Assembly (NCBI GenBank): GCA_965648935.1
Contig: CBFGIY010000003.1
Location: forward strand, 484-64,483
Length of the DNA: 64,000 nt
DNA from: a candidate division WOR-3 bacterium
Lineage (GTDB): Bacteria; Hydrothermota; Tepidihabitantia; Tepidihabitantales; Tepidihabitantaceae
Direction: 5' to 3'
The position numbers and the translations under genes were made by a program. Shown piece after piece: positions 56,601-64,000 of this stretch. Each line of letters starts with the position of its first letter. The stretch's first letter is position 1. Under the pieces are notes generated by a model. The model was given only the letters and a program-made list of their open reading frames with translations, was not told the DNA's origin and made no database searches.

Positions 56601-58139
56601 AATCACCGTGTCGGCCGGCACGAAACCCTCGTTGCAGGTGTTGAACTCGGGGTTGAACCGCTTCTGGTCGTCGAACACGCGGGTGCACTCGACCGTGCGC
56701 AGGCCGGTCACCTTGCCGTCCTTGCCCGTGATGCCCTGCGGGCCCCAAGACGGTTGGATGGCGATACCCTCGGCCAGCGCCTCCTCAATCTCGTACTCAA
56801 ACGCCGGCATCTCTTCGCGGCACTCGAGGCAGACCATCGTCACCTTCTCGGCCCCGGCCCGCTTCGCGGTCATCGCCACGTCAACCGCGACGTTGCCGCC
56901 GCCGATGACCACGACTTCCTTGCCCGTCTCAAGCGGCTTGCCCTCGCTTGCGGCGCGCAGGTACTCGATGCCGAGGTGCACGCCCTCAAGCTCCGCGCCC
57001 TCGATCTTCAGGCCGCGGCTCTTCTGCGCCCCGAACCCGAGGAACACCGCCTTGTACCCGTCGGCCTTGAGCCTCTCGACCTCGGCCGCGGACTTCACCG
57101 GCGAGCCCAGCTTCAGCTCGACCCCGGTGTCGGTGATGTCCTTAATCTCGCGGTCGAGAACCTCGCGCGGCAGCCGGTACGCCGGGATGCCCCAGCGCAT
57201 CATCCCGCCTGCCTTGTGCCCGGCCTCAAGCACGGTCACATCGTAACCGAGCAGGCGCAGGTCCAGCGCGCAGGTCAGGCCGGCCGGCCCGGCCCCGACC
57301 ACCGCGACCCTGCCCGACCGCTGCACGGCCTGGGCGTCGAGCCGGATCTTCTCCGCGTCCGGTGTCTTGCGCTCGGCATAGGATGCCGGCCCCTGCGCGA
57401 AAGCGAAGTCGGACGCGAACCGCTTGAGCGTCCGTATCGCCACCGGGCCTTCGTACTCCTTGCGGTTGCACTCGGCTTCGCACGGGTGGTGGCAGACCCG
57501 GCCGCAGATGCCCGGGAACGGCAGCCGGTCGCGCACGAGTTCATAGGCTTCCTTGAACTTGCGCTGGCCGATGAGCGCGACATAGCCCTGCGCGTTCACG
57601 CCCGACGGGCAGGCGAGCCGGCAGGGCGCTTTGGCCTCGTTCTTGTCCACGGCCACCGCATTCGGGATGGCCTGCGGGTAGAGCTTGAAGACCGCGCGGC
57701 GGTCGGCCAGCTTCTGGTTGTAGGTGTCGGGCACGCTCACCGGGCAGACCTTGGTGCAGTCCAGGCACCCGGTGCACTTGTCCAGCAGCACGAACCGGGG
57801 CTTGTGCCTGATGCGCGCGCGGAAGTGTCCCGGCTCGCCCTCAAGCGACAGCAGTTCGGAGTAGTTCAGAAGCTCGATGTTCTGGTGCCGGCCCGTGCCC
57901 ACCAGCTTGGGCGCGAGGATGCACATCGAGCAGTCGTTGGTCGGGAATGTCTTGTCGAGCATCGCCATCACGCCGCCGATGGCGGGCGATTCGTCGAGCA
58001 GGTAGACCTTGTACCCGGCGTCGCCCAGCTCCAGCGCGGCCTGGATTCCGCCGATGCCAGAACCAACCACCAGCACCGCGCCGACCTTACCATCCGCGTT
58101 TCGGGTTTCGGAACTCGGGTTTCGGATTTGGTCGCTCAT
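53640..58139 (-). CDS. HdrL-like giant fusion: HdrA N-terminal module + NfnB/GltD-like NAD(P)H oxidoreductase + complete HdrA
   Basis: 1499 aa. Residues 1-270 are HdrA-like (DKTFPTNDCSMCILAPKLV). Residues 280-720 match glutamate synthase small subunit/NfnB (CRLACPSGVNAQGY...FPGICGRVCHHPCEAEC; VAVVGAGPAGLTCALDL...GGMMRWGIPAYRLP). Then an HdrA cysteine cluster CSSVCCMYATKEA, CNCGINIGG, a second FAD domain, CCTESVKNA and C-terminal ferredoxins. Separated from hdrA by 3 nt. Confidence 0.85.
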   Translation of the reverse strand: MSDQIRNPSSETRNADGKVGAVLVVGSGIGGIQAALELGDAGYKVYLLDESPAIGGVMAMLDKTFPTNDCSMCILAPKLVGTGRHQNIELLNYSELLSLEGEPGHFRARIRHKPRFVLLDKCTGCLDCTKVCPVSVPDTYNQKLADRRAVFKLYPQAIPNAVAVDKNEAKAPCRLACPSGVNAQGYVALIGQRKFKEAYELVRDRLPFPGICGRVCHHPCEAECNRKEYEGPVAIRTLKRFASDFAFAQGPASYAERKTPDAEKIRLDAQAVQRSGRVAVVGAGPAGLTCALDLRLLGYDVTVLEAGHKAGGMMRWGIPAYRLPREVLDREIKDITDTGVELKLGSPVKSAAEVERLKADGYKAVFLGFGAQKSRGLKIEGAELEGVHLGIEYLRAASEGKPLETGKEVVVIGGGNVAVDVAMTAKRAGAEKVTMVCLECREEMPAFEYEIEEALAEGIAIQPSWGPQGITGKDGKVTGLRTVECTRVFDDQKRFNPEFNTCNEGFVPADTVILAIGQAVDADGFEGFERGPGGTFKVDKLTLQTSVPGVFAGGDMVSGPASVIEAVAAGHEAAISIDRFIRGEDLKAGRDEPKPRAAKADESAAARAKIRRVERAREAVLPVAERGQSYREIGLGFDEETAVREAQRCLNCGVCSECFQCVTACEAKAIDHSQTARESEVEVGAVVLSAGFKEYKPTADLGFGYGRYANVVTSLEFERILSATGPYEGHVRRPSDGKQPKKVAWIQCVGSRNQEHYYCSSVCCMYATKEAVIAREHCGGNLDCHVYYMDMRCFGKDFEKYYQRAQDEYGVVYRRCKVSSLKRVEGGEDLVIAYENEAGELKEETYDMVVVSTALSADPRVAELANRIGVKTDEQGFVRTDPFEPVLTSRPGVYACGALVEPKDIPETVTEATGVAAAVGSLLAASRNTLVQPKRYPPQRDVSGEEPRIGVFVCNCGINIGGVVKVPSVVEYARTLPGVVLADDNLFTCSQDTQQKIRQAIEEHRLNRVVVASCTPRTHEPLFQETLAEAGLNPHLFTMANIRDQCSWVHMQNPEEATAKSRELVRMAVANARLLRALDSSPQTVTQKALVIGGGLAGMTAALAIADQGFAVYLVERSRELGGRLRQLRYTDGGEDVGGLLVRLEQRVRAHPQVRVFTGAELVAVSGYVGNYRSRLRSADGETELEHGVFVVATGASEYRPTEYLYGADERVMTQTELETMIVDRPDAVKQAKHVVMVQCVGSREPEHPWCSRVCCTESVKNALRIKALNPRANVVILYRDMRTYGFKEALYRDARAAGVMFVRFDPETKPVVSQRDGRLHVTVYDPVLQRRLGIDADILALSAGVVPGETNHALGQLLKVPLNEDGFFLEAHMKLRPVDFTTRGVFMAGMAHSPRRIPETVTQAQAAAARACSILSHKELSTDAVVAEVNPRWCVGCGVCEEVCQYEAARVNPATGKSEVTAVLCQGCGACAAACPAEAIKLKGFEARNVLSMIDAAL
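58096..58131. repeat. degenerate copy at the hdrL-like N-terminus
   Basis: GCGTTTCGGGTTTCGGAACTCGGGTTTCGGATTTGG. Encodes NPSSETRNADGK. Confidence 0.35.
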
Positions 58140-58142
58140 CGG

Positions 58143-60161
58143 CTAATCTTGCTCGACCATATCGTATATGCTCTTCTTCGTGAAGTTGCGGTGGGTCATC
58201 GCGCCTGATGGGCAGGCCACCGCGCACGCGCCGCAGCCCTCGCACAGCACGGCGTTGACCACCGCCTTGCGCTTCTTCGCATCGACCTTCACCGCCTCGT
58301 ACGCGCAGGTGCGCTCGCAGTAGCCGCACCCGACGCACAGCACTTCGTCAACCTGCGCCGTTGTCGGCTCGTGGAAAAGCTCGGTCGAGCCGAACATCGC
58401 CAGCACCTTGGCCGCGGCCGCCGACGCCTGCGCCACGGTCTCGGGAATGTCTTTCGGTCCCTGGCCCACGCCGGCGAGAAAGAACCCGGCGGTCAGCGTT
58501 TCGACCGGCCGCAGCTTCGGGTGCGCCTCGGACTGGAAACCGTTGGTGTCGAGCTGGATCTTGAGCTTGCGCGCGAGCTCGATACCGGCGGGGTTGGGCA
58601 CGACCGCGCTCGCCAGCACGACCATATCGGCCTCTATCTCGACCTTGCGCCCGGCGAGCGTGTCCGCGGCCCAGACCACAACCTTGTCGCCCTGCCGGAA
58701 AATCTTTGACACCTTGCCGCGCAGGTACTTCACGCCCTCGTCGGTCGCGCGGCGGTAAAACTCCTCGAAGCCCTTGCCCGGGGTGCGCACGTCGATGTAG
58801 CAGACCACCGCCTCGCCGCCGTGCACCCGGTGGGTGTACAACAGCGCGTGCTTGGCCGTGTACATGCAGCAGATCTTCGAGCAGTAGGGCACGCCCACGG
58901 TCGAGTCGCGCGAGCCCGCGCACTGCACGAACACCACCCGCTGCGGCACCTTGCCGTCCGACGGCCGGCGCACCTCGCCCGCGGTCGGACCCGAGGCCGA
59001 GCACAGCCGCTCGAAAGCCATCCCGTCGATGACATCGGGGACGCCCGTGCCGTACGCGCCGAACCGGCTCATATCGATAAGCTCGTAGCCCGTGGCCAGC
59101 ACGATCGCGCCGACCTCTTCCTCGACAAAGCTCTCCTTGTCGTCGTAGCGGATGGCCTTCGACGGGCAAATCTTCGCGCAGACCCCGCACTTGCCGTTCT
59201 GCAGGTAGCGGCAATTCTCGGCGTCGATGACGACCTTGTTCGGCACCGCCTGCGGGAACAGCCGGTAAATCGCCTTGCGCTTGGCCATCCCGCGCTCGAA
59301 CCACGACTCGACCTTGCTCGGGCACTTCTCCATGCACAGGCCGCAGCCGGTGCAGGCGACCGGGTCGACATAGCGCGGCTTCTGGCGGATTTTCACCTTG
59401 AAGTTGCCGACATAGCCCGATACCTCGGCGACTTCCGAATAGGTCAGCAGCTTGATGCGCGGGTGCCGGCCCGACTCCACGGTCTTCGGGGTCAGGATGC
59501 ACTGCGAGCAGTCCAGCGTCGGGAAGGTTTCGGAGAGCTGGGCCATGTGCCCGCCGATGGATGGTTCTTTCTCGACGAGCACGACCTCGTAACCGGCGTT
59601 GGCGATGTCCAGCGCGGCCTGTATCCCGGCGATACCTGCGCCGACCACCATCGCCCGCTTGTTGATGCTGACCTTCACCGGCTCCAGCGGCAGGTCGTTC
59701 TGGGCCTTGGCGATGATGGTGCGGATGATGCCCAGCGCCTTGTCGGTTGCCTTGTCCTTGTCCGGGGTCACCCACGCGCACTGCTCGCGGATGTTGGCAA
59801 TCTCGCACAGGTACGGGTTCAGGCCTGCGCTCGCGCTGGCCTTGCGGAAAGTGTTCTCGTGCAGGTTGGGCGAACAGCAGGCAACGACCACGCGGTCGAG
59901 CTTCTCTTCGACAATCGTGTCCCTGATGAGCGTCTGGCCCGGGTCTGAACAGCAGTAGATGTAGTCTTTGGCCGTGGCGACGCCCGGCTCGCTCCTGAGC
60001 TGCTCGATGACCTCGGGAATCTTCACGGTGCCGGCGATGTTGATGCCGCAGTGGCACACGAACACGCCCACGCGCGGCGACTTCGCCTTGCCGCCGGCCG
60101 GCGTCACCCTGCCCACCTCGTTCGGATTGGACGGCTGGGCTTTGGGCGTTTCCTCAGCCAT
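58143..60161 (-). CDS. hdrA: heterodisulfide reductase subunit A
   Basis: 672 aa. Canonical HdrA order: CHCGINIAG N-terminal domain, FAD-binding MVVGAGIAGIQAALDIA, TFPTLDCSQCIL, inserted ferredoxin, CSKICCMYTAKHA, C-terminal 2x[4Fe-4S]. Confidence 0.9.
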   Translation of the reverse strand: MAEETPKAQPSNPNEVGRVTPAGGKAKSPRVGVFVCHCGINIAGTVKIPEVIEQLRSEPGVATAKDYIYCCSDPGQTLIRDTIVEEKLDRVVVACCSPNLHENTFRKASASAGLNPYLCEIANIREQCAWVTPDKDKATDKALGIIRTIIAKAQNDLPLEPVKVSINKRAMVVGAGIAGIQAALDIANAGYEVVLVEKEPSIGGHMAQLSETFPTLDCSQCILTPKTVESGRHPRIKLLTYSEVAEVSGYVGNFKVKIRQKPRYVDPVACTGCGLCMEKCPSKVESWFERGMAKRKAIYRLFPQAVPNKVVIDAENCRYLQNGKCGVCAKICPSKAIRYDDKESFVEEEVGAIVLATGYELIDMSRFGAYGTGVPDVIDGMAFERLCSASGPTAGEVRRPSDGKVPQRVVFVQCAGSRDSTVGVPYCSKICCMYTAKHALLYTHRVHGGEAVVCYIDVRTPGKGFEEFYRRATDEGVKYLRGKVSKIFRQGDKVVVWAADTLAGRKVEIEADMVVLASAVVPNPAGIELARKLKIQLDTNGFQSEAHPKLRPVETLTAGFFLAGVGQGPKDIPETVAQASAAAAKVLAMFGSTELFHEPTTAQVDEVLCVGCGYCERTCAYEAVKVDAKKRKAVVNAVLCEGCGACAVACPSGAMTHRNFTKKSIYDMVEQD

Positions 60162-60179
60162 CGTCTACCAGCCCGCTCC

Positions 60180-60224
60180 GCAGTTTTGGCATCTGACCTT
60201 TGGCTTTTGGCCTTTGACTTTGCC
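60180..60224. repeat. K/P-coding repeat, intergenic copy between hdrB and hdrA
   Basis: GCAGTTTTGGCATCTGACCTTTGGCTTTTGGCCTTTGACTTTGCC. The minus strand would read MAGKVKGQKPKVRCQNCGAGW as a 21-codon mini-ORF. Confidence 0.55.
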
Positions 60225-60233
60225 CGCCATGCC

Positions 60234-61172
60234 CTAAATAAGCCCTTTCTCCTTCAGGAACTTCTCTGCCCCGGGCCCGTTGTAGTCGAGACCGAGTTGA
60301 GAGACGTCCAGCCCGACTGCCAGCCCGATCAGTTGCGTGAAGTAGAACACGGGCAGACCCGACCCGGCCTCACGCGCCGGCTTGTCCAGGTTGTACTGGC
60401 ACAGCGGGCAGGTCGTGACAATCGCCTCGGCGCCGTAGGCCCGGGCGTTGTCGACAATCTTCTTCGACGCCGCGGCCGCCACCTCGCGCCGGTTCACCAC
60501 GAGGTAACCGCCGCAGCACTCGGCCTTGAAGTCGAACCGCACCGGCTCGGCCCCGAGCGCGCTCATCAGGTCGTCCATCACGACCGGGTTTTCCGGGTCG
60601 TCGAAGCTAAGCACTTCCTTGGGCCGCACCATCAGGCAACCGTAGTACGAAGCGACCTTCAGGCCCGAGAGCGGCTTGGTCACCTTCGCCTTCAGCGCCT
60701 CGAACCCGATGTCGCGCTTGAGCACGTCGAGGTAATGGACCACCTCGACGCGATGCTCGAACGGTTCGTCCACAAACGCGAGCACCCGCTCGCGCAGCGT
60801 CTCGTTGCCCTGAGTGTCGAGCCAGTCCTGCGTGCGCTTGAGCACGTTGTAGCACGCCGCGCACAAGGTCACCAGCTTGCCCGATGTGCGACTTTCCTCG
60901 GCCTGGTCCGTGCCTTCGCTTTGACCTTTGGCTTTTGGCTTTTGGCTTTTGACTTGTTCCGCGATCTGTTGGCTCGCCTTCGCCAGGTTGCGCACCGGCC
61001 CGACCAGCGCCGCGAGGTCGTCGCTCGCGGTGTTGTAGATGGCGCCGCAGCAGTTCCACGACGGCATCTCCTCAAGCGTGAACCCGACCCGCTCGGCCGC
61101 GGCGCGCGCGCAGTCGTCCAGGTTCTTCGCCTTGGTGTAGAGCGTGCAGCCCGGGTAGTAGACGTATTCCAT
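60234..61172 (-). CDS. hdrB: heterodisulfide reductase subunit B (two CCG domains)
   Basis: 312 aa. YYPGC...NCCG and YYGC...CCGG CCG-domain cysteine patterns. In-frame repeat insertion (...VKSQKPKAKGQSEGTDQAEE...) between the two CCG domains. Confidence 0.85.
   Translation of the reverse strand: MEYVYYPGCTLYTKAKNLDDCARAAAERVGFTLEEMPSWNCCGAIYNTASDDLAALVGPVRNLAKASQQIAEQVKSQKPKAKGQSEGTDQAEESRTSGKLVTLCAACYNVLKRTQDWLDTQGNETLRERVLAFVDEPFEHRVEVVHYLDVLKRDIGFEALKAKVTKPLSGLKVASYYGCLMVRPKEVLSFDDPENPVVMDDLMSALGAEPVRFDFKAECCGGYLVVNRREVAAAASKKIVDNARAYGAEAIVTTCPLCQYNLDKPAREAGSGLPVFYFTQLIGLAVGLDVSQLGLDYNGPGAEKFLKEKGLI
60917..60956. repeat. K/P-coding repeat, in frame within hdrB
   Basis: CGCTTTGACCTTTGGCTTTTGGCTTTTGGCTTTTGACTTG. 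Encodes VKSQKPKAKGQSE. Confidence 0.65.
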
Positions 61173-61562
61173 TTAGACGGAGAACTTGCGGAACGCCGCG
61201 ATGAAAGCCTGTTGGGGAATGTCGTCCAAAGACGGGTCGTCGACCGTGTCCGGGTCAACGCGGCTGTCGCGCGTGCGCAGTATCATCGCCCGGCACGCCT
61301 CGGCGATGCGCGCGTAATCGACCGCGCGCGGGCAGCGCGTGCCGCAGACAAGGCACGACGCGCACAGCCAGATGCCCGCGGACGCAAGCAGCTCATCGGC
61401 CCGGCCGAGCTGCAGCAGCCGGATGGCCTTTGACGGCGGCGGGTCCATCGCCTCGCCGATCGGGCAACCCGCGGTACAGCAACCGCACTGGTAGCAGTCA
61501 GATATCGTCTGACCGCTCAGCTCTTCGATTTGCCTGATGACGGCATCTGACTGGGTCGACAT
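61173..61562 (-). CDS. hdrC: heterodisulfide reductase subunit C
   Basis: 129 aa. CYQCGCCTAGCP and CASCLVCGTRCP 4Fe-4S motifs. Stop abuts the hdrB start. Confidence 0.85.
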   Translation of the reverse strand: MSTQSDAVIRQIEELSGQTISDCYQCGCCTAGCPIGEAMDPPPSKAIRLLQLGRADELLASAGIWLCASCLVCGTRCPRAVDYARIAEACRAMILRTRDSRVDPDTVDDPSLDDIPQQAFIAAFRKFSV

Positions 61563-61926
61563 GGGAAGAGAAGATGATAATTCGGCCGCGCCCGGCAGTC
61601 AAGTTGACTCCGGTCGAGGCGACAACACGAGCGGCGTTGTGCAGTGCGCCCGCACAGCCAGCCCCGCTTCGAACCAAGCTCCCTGCCCGACGCTGACGCT
61701 TGGCCTGAAACCGAACCTGAAACGCAGGCTCGCGGCGCGATTTGACGCCGGCTTGGACCCGGTCTTGGGCAGTCGCTTGAGAACCGCGCTCGAAGGCGGC
61801 CTTGGTCCGCTCCTGAACAACCTAAACGCTGTCTGTGTAAACGCTTAGCTGAAACGCGCGGACGCGTCTGGCCTCAAACGGCTTCTCGGACCCGTTTTCG
61901 GCCACAGATTGAGCCTCTGAGCCAAT

Positions 61927-61992
61927 GGGGGAGTCACTCCCTCCACAACATATGGTATGCCGACGCGCGCCGCACCACTATATGTAGTGGTA
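61927..61992. repeat. copy 2 of the conserved about 65-nt motif
   Basis: GGGGGAGTCACTCCCTCCACAACATATGGTATGCC...GCACCACTATATGTAGTGGTAGTCC, followed by the GC hairpin GCGGCGGGC-n11-GCCCGCCGC (62034-62062) and a T9SS-CTD-like remnant. Confidence 0.45.
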
Positions 61993-62225
61993 GTCCAAGC
62001 CCGACCCCTCTCCCTTGATGGGAGAGGTTGCGTGAGGGTGCGAGCATCCAGAAGCGGCGGGCGGCGAGCCCAAGCCCGCCGCCCGCAAAACTGCCAAACC
62101 ACTAGTCCAACAGCAACAGCTTCTTCACCGCCTTGTACTCCCCGGCACGCATCTCGACGAAGTACACGCCGCCGGGCAGGGTCCTGTAGACGCGCAGGCC
62201 TCCACCGGTTTCTCAGGCTGCGTGC

Positions 62226-62654
62226 TCAAGGTCGGAGCGTGAGTGTAGCCTCGTCTGAGTCGATACCGCCATCAGAGCAGACGGTGACTACCATACGAAT
62301 ACGGGTTATCTGACTGACTTCTCCTGCCTCACCTACTTCATCGTAGACTGTAACCGTCGACTTCTTGGGAACGAAATCGTTCTCTATCTCCAAGTCGCCA
62401 CTCCCCACCTCGCCGGCGCCGTCTCCACTCAGAATCTCATGGCGGGACGCGATTCGGTAGACATGCACATCGAGCCCATCATTCTGGACTCTGACATCGA
62501 GGGTAAGCCTGTCACCCGGGTACGCGGTCTCTGGGTTTGGAGAGAAGTGGACGGCTATTGGCCCCGGCTCGCGCGGCCCGAAAATCGAGTCGCAACCGGT
62601 GAGAAAAGCAGCTACCGAAAGCAGGGTGACCGCCATCAACGCAGTCCTTCGCAC
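62226..62654 (-). CDS. hypothetical lipoprotein
   Basis: 142 aa. Signal plus lipobox MRRTALMAVTLLSVAAFLTGC. GC about 55%. Confidence 0.45.
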   Translation of the reverse strand: MRRTALMAVTLLSVAAFLTGCDSIFGPREPGPIAVHFSPNPETAYPGDRLTLDVRVQNDGLDVHVYRIASRHEILSGDGAGEVGSGDLEIENDFVPKKSTVTVYDEVGEAGEVSQITRIRMVVTVCSDGGIDSDEATLTLRP

Positions 62655-62794
62655 TTGGCCTCCTTATCGTTTGCGACCCCTCGCACCCCGGAGTCTCTGC
62701 AGTCGTACGGCTCGGTGCCGCCGTGCCGACGCACAGGTCGCTGTCCCAGCACGCGACCCAGTCGGCGAACCTCAGTTGTTAGTCGGTGATTCGG

Positions 62795-62818
62795 TCTGTC
62801 GGTCTGTCGGTCTGCACG
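62795..62818. repeat. short tandem repeat (CGGTCTGT)x3
   Basis: TCGGTCTGTCGGTCTGTCGGTCTG in an intergenic region. Confidence 0.4.
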
Positions 62819-63077
62819 AAGCATACCCGGGCGGGCGCCGGGCGGCGGCGCGGGTCGGGACTTCGCTTCCTCAACATCGCGGGTTTGTCAGCCGTGCCCG
62901 CGCGGTGTCAAGTGCGGGCGGTTGCGCGGTGCGGCGCAGCAGTTTCTCGAGTTGCCACTTGCCCGACTGAGCGCGACCGACCGGCGGCAAGGGATTTCTC
63001 CACTTCGGTCGAAATGACGGGGTGGCGGGGACCGGCGGCGGGCTCATGGCCCGCCCCCGCACGATCATTCGCCTGTC

Positions 63078-64000
63078 TTACTCCACAATCAGTTTGCGCG
63101 TCGGGTCCGCGCCGCCGGACAGGCGTACAAGGTAGACCCCGACCGCCAGGCCGCGTAGTTCGACGCTTCCGCTGGCGCCGTTCAGTCGCGCTGCTTGCAC
63201 GCAGCGTCCTGCCGTGTCATACACCTCCAGACTGGTTGCGACAGCAGGCAGCCTGTACCAACGGATGACTGTCCTGCCGCGGGACGGGTTCTGGACAACA
63301 AGCTTCGCGCCCGATGCCCCGCGCTCGAAGTCCTGCACGGTGCTTCTCTCCGGCCGCGGGCCGCCGCCCGCGGGCCGGAAGCCTCCCGGCACGTAGCGCC
63401 AGAGTTCAAGCGTCTTGTTGCCTTTGAGCGCGTAGAGCGCACTGCCGTCCGAGGTGATGCTGCCGCCGGCCTTGACCAGCTTCTTCTTCAGCGTGGAACC
63501 GAAGGCGGGCATCGTCTCCCGCTCGGCCCAGGCCATCGCGCCGAGGTCAAGCGAATAGAAGTCCTGCGTGCCGCCGCCCTTGAGGGCATAGAGCGCGCCG
63601 GCGAGGACCGCCGCGTCGGAGCCGTCCTTGGCCTTCTTGCTCCGGCCGGTCTGGCGGTTGTAGAGCGGGATGCCCGCCATCAGGCCGGACCAGGCGCCGG
63701 TGGAAAGCTCGTAGGCATACAGCTCAGAGTACCTGGCCTTGTGCGCCAGCAGGCGGTTCCCCGCTTCGTCAAGCACGAGCCACGAGCCCCGGTCCATCCG
63801 TGCCCTGGCCCCATCCGGCACGCTGTTCAACGGCCGCCAAGTCCGGGAAGCTATATTGTACCGGTAGAACTCGGTCTTGTAGCCTTTGAGCAGGTAGACG
63901 TACTGGCTGTCGCCTTCATCCATATAGACAAGGTCGGTGCCGCCTTTGACTTTCTTGTTTGAAGCACCGAGCGGGATGTCGGCAAGCTGGGTCCACTCAC
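63078..64000 (-). CDS. beta-propeller (Kelch/YVTN-like) protein with C-terminal T9SS sorting domain, partial (N-terminus outside the window)
   Basis: Open to the window edge. Repeats ...SALYALKG... CTD ...SLEVYDTAGRCV...GVYLVRLSGGADPTRKLIVE. Confidence 0.6.
   Translation of the reverse strand, partial: EWTQLADIPLGASNKKVKGGTDLVYMDEGDSQYVYLLKGYKTEFYRYNIASRTWRPLNSVPDGARARMDRGSWLVLDEAGNRLLAHKARYSELYAYELSTGAWSGLMAGIPLYNRQTGRSKKAKDGSDAAVLAGALYALKGGGTQDFYSLDLGAMAWAERETMPAFGSTLKKKLVKAGGSITSDGSALYALKGNKTLELWRYVPGGFRPAGGGPRPERSTVQDFERGASGAKLVVQNPSRGRTVIRWYRLPAVATSLEVYDTAGRCVQAARLNGASGSVELRGLAVGVYLVRLSGGADPTRKLIVE

Noticed and set aside
47823-61433. Multiple 400-1160 aa ORFs antisense or out of frame to the hdr operon (e.g. 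47823..51302 +, 54990..58208 +, 58348..60057 -, 60051..61433 +)
   Set aside because: High-GC frame artefacts. The sense frames carry dense, ordered Cys motifs and FAD-binding sites.
1-64000. Mobile genetic elements (IS, transposase, integrase, phage genes)
   Set aside because: No transposase, integrase or recombinase signatures, no terminal inverted repeats flanking the accessory island, no phage structural genes detected by inspection.

Overview
The window is a 64 kb, roughly 70% GC bacterial contig with high codon-third-position GC. It looks like a metagenome-derived, uncultivated lineage. At least seven secreted proteins end in T9SS-type (FlgD-Ig-like) C-terminal sorting domains: a C25 peptidase, NHL, LVIVD, Kelch and BNR-like repeat proteins, and an M1 aminopeptidase. 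That points to an FCB-superphylum-like or related candidate phylum; I did not attempt taxonomy beyond that.

Gene content in order:
- A histidine-utilisation remnant: partial ftcD and hutI, separated by a large C25 peptidase gene.
- A zinc-type alcohol dehydrogenase.
- An ornithine-decarboxylase-like gene next to a deoxyhypusine-synthase-like gene, a likely homospermidine module.
- A very large T9SS cargo gene that appears disrupted by a frameshift and an in-frame TGA.
- Two MsbA-like fused ABC exporters.
- An ABC-2 transporter pair with CpXC and zinc-ribbon proteins.
- A ZnuABC-like metal uptake operon.
- Overlapping pckA and ppdK.
- An accessory, defence-like island from about 33.1 to 40.4 kb: a DUF2007 protein, a small secreted protein with an R/D-rich tail, a STAND P-loop NTPase with TPR repeats, a HEPN/MNT toxin-antitoxin pair with a leaderless promoter, and a DUF2089-DUF4097-SHOCT membrane cluster.
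- A 13.5 kb, eight-gene heterodisulfide-reductase-like operon: hdrC, hdrB, hdrA, a 1499-aa HdrL-like HdrA-NfnB/GltD-HdrA fusion, mvhD, an FeS protein, an HdrC-like protein and a 1053-aa tandem HdrA. No hydrogenase or formate dehydrogenase partner is in the window.

The most unusual sequence-level signal is a short, relatively AT-rich repeat, (GCCAAAAGCCAAAGGCC)n on the coding strand. It occurs at least nine times, and five or more of those copies are in frame inside unrelated genes (hdrA-like, hdrC-like, hdrB, an ABC exporter, the ppdK tail), where it encodes a (K/Q)PKAK(S/G)Q-type peptide.

I found no rRNA, tRNA, CRISPR array or transposase. Many long antisense ORFs in the six-frame track are high-GC artefacts.
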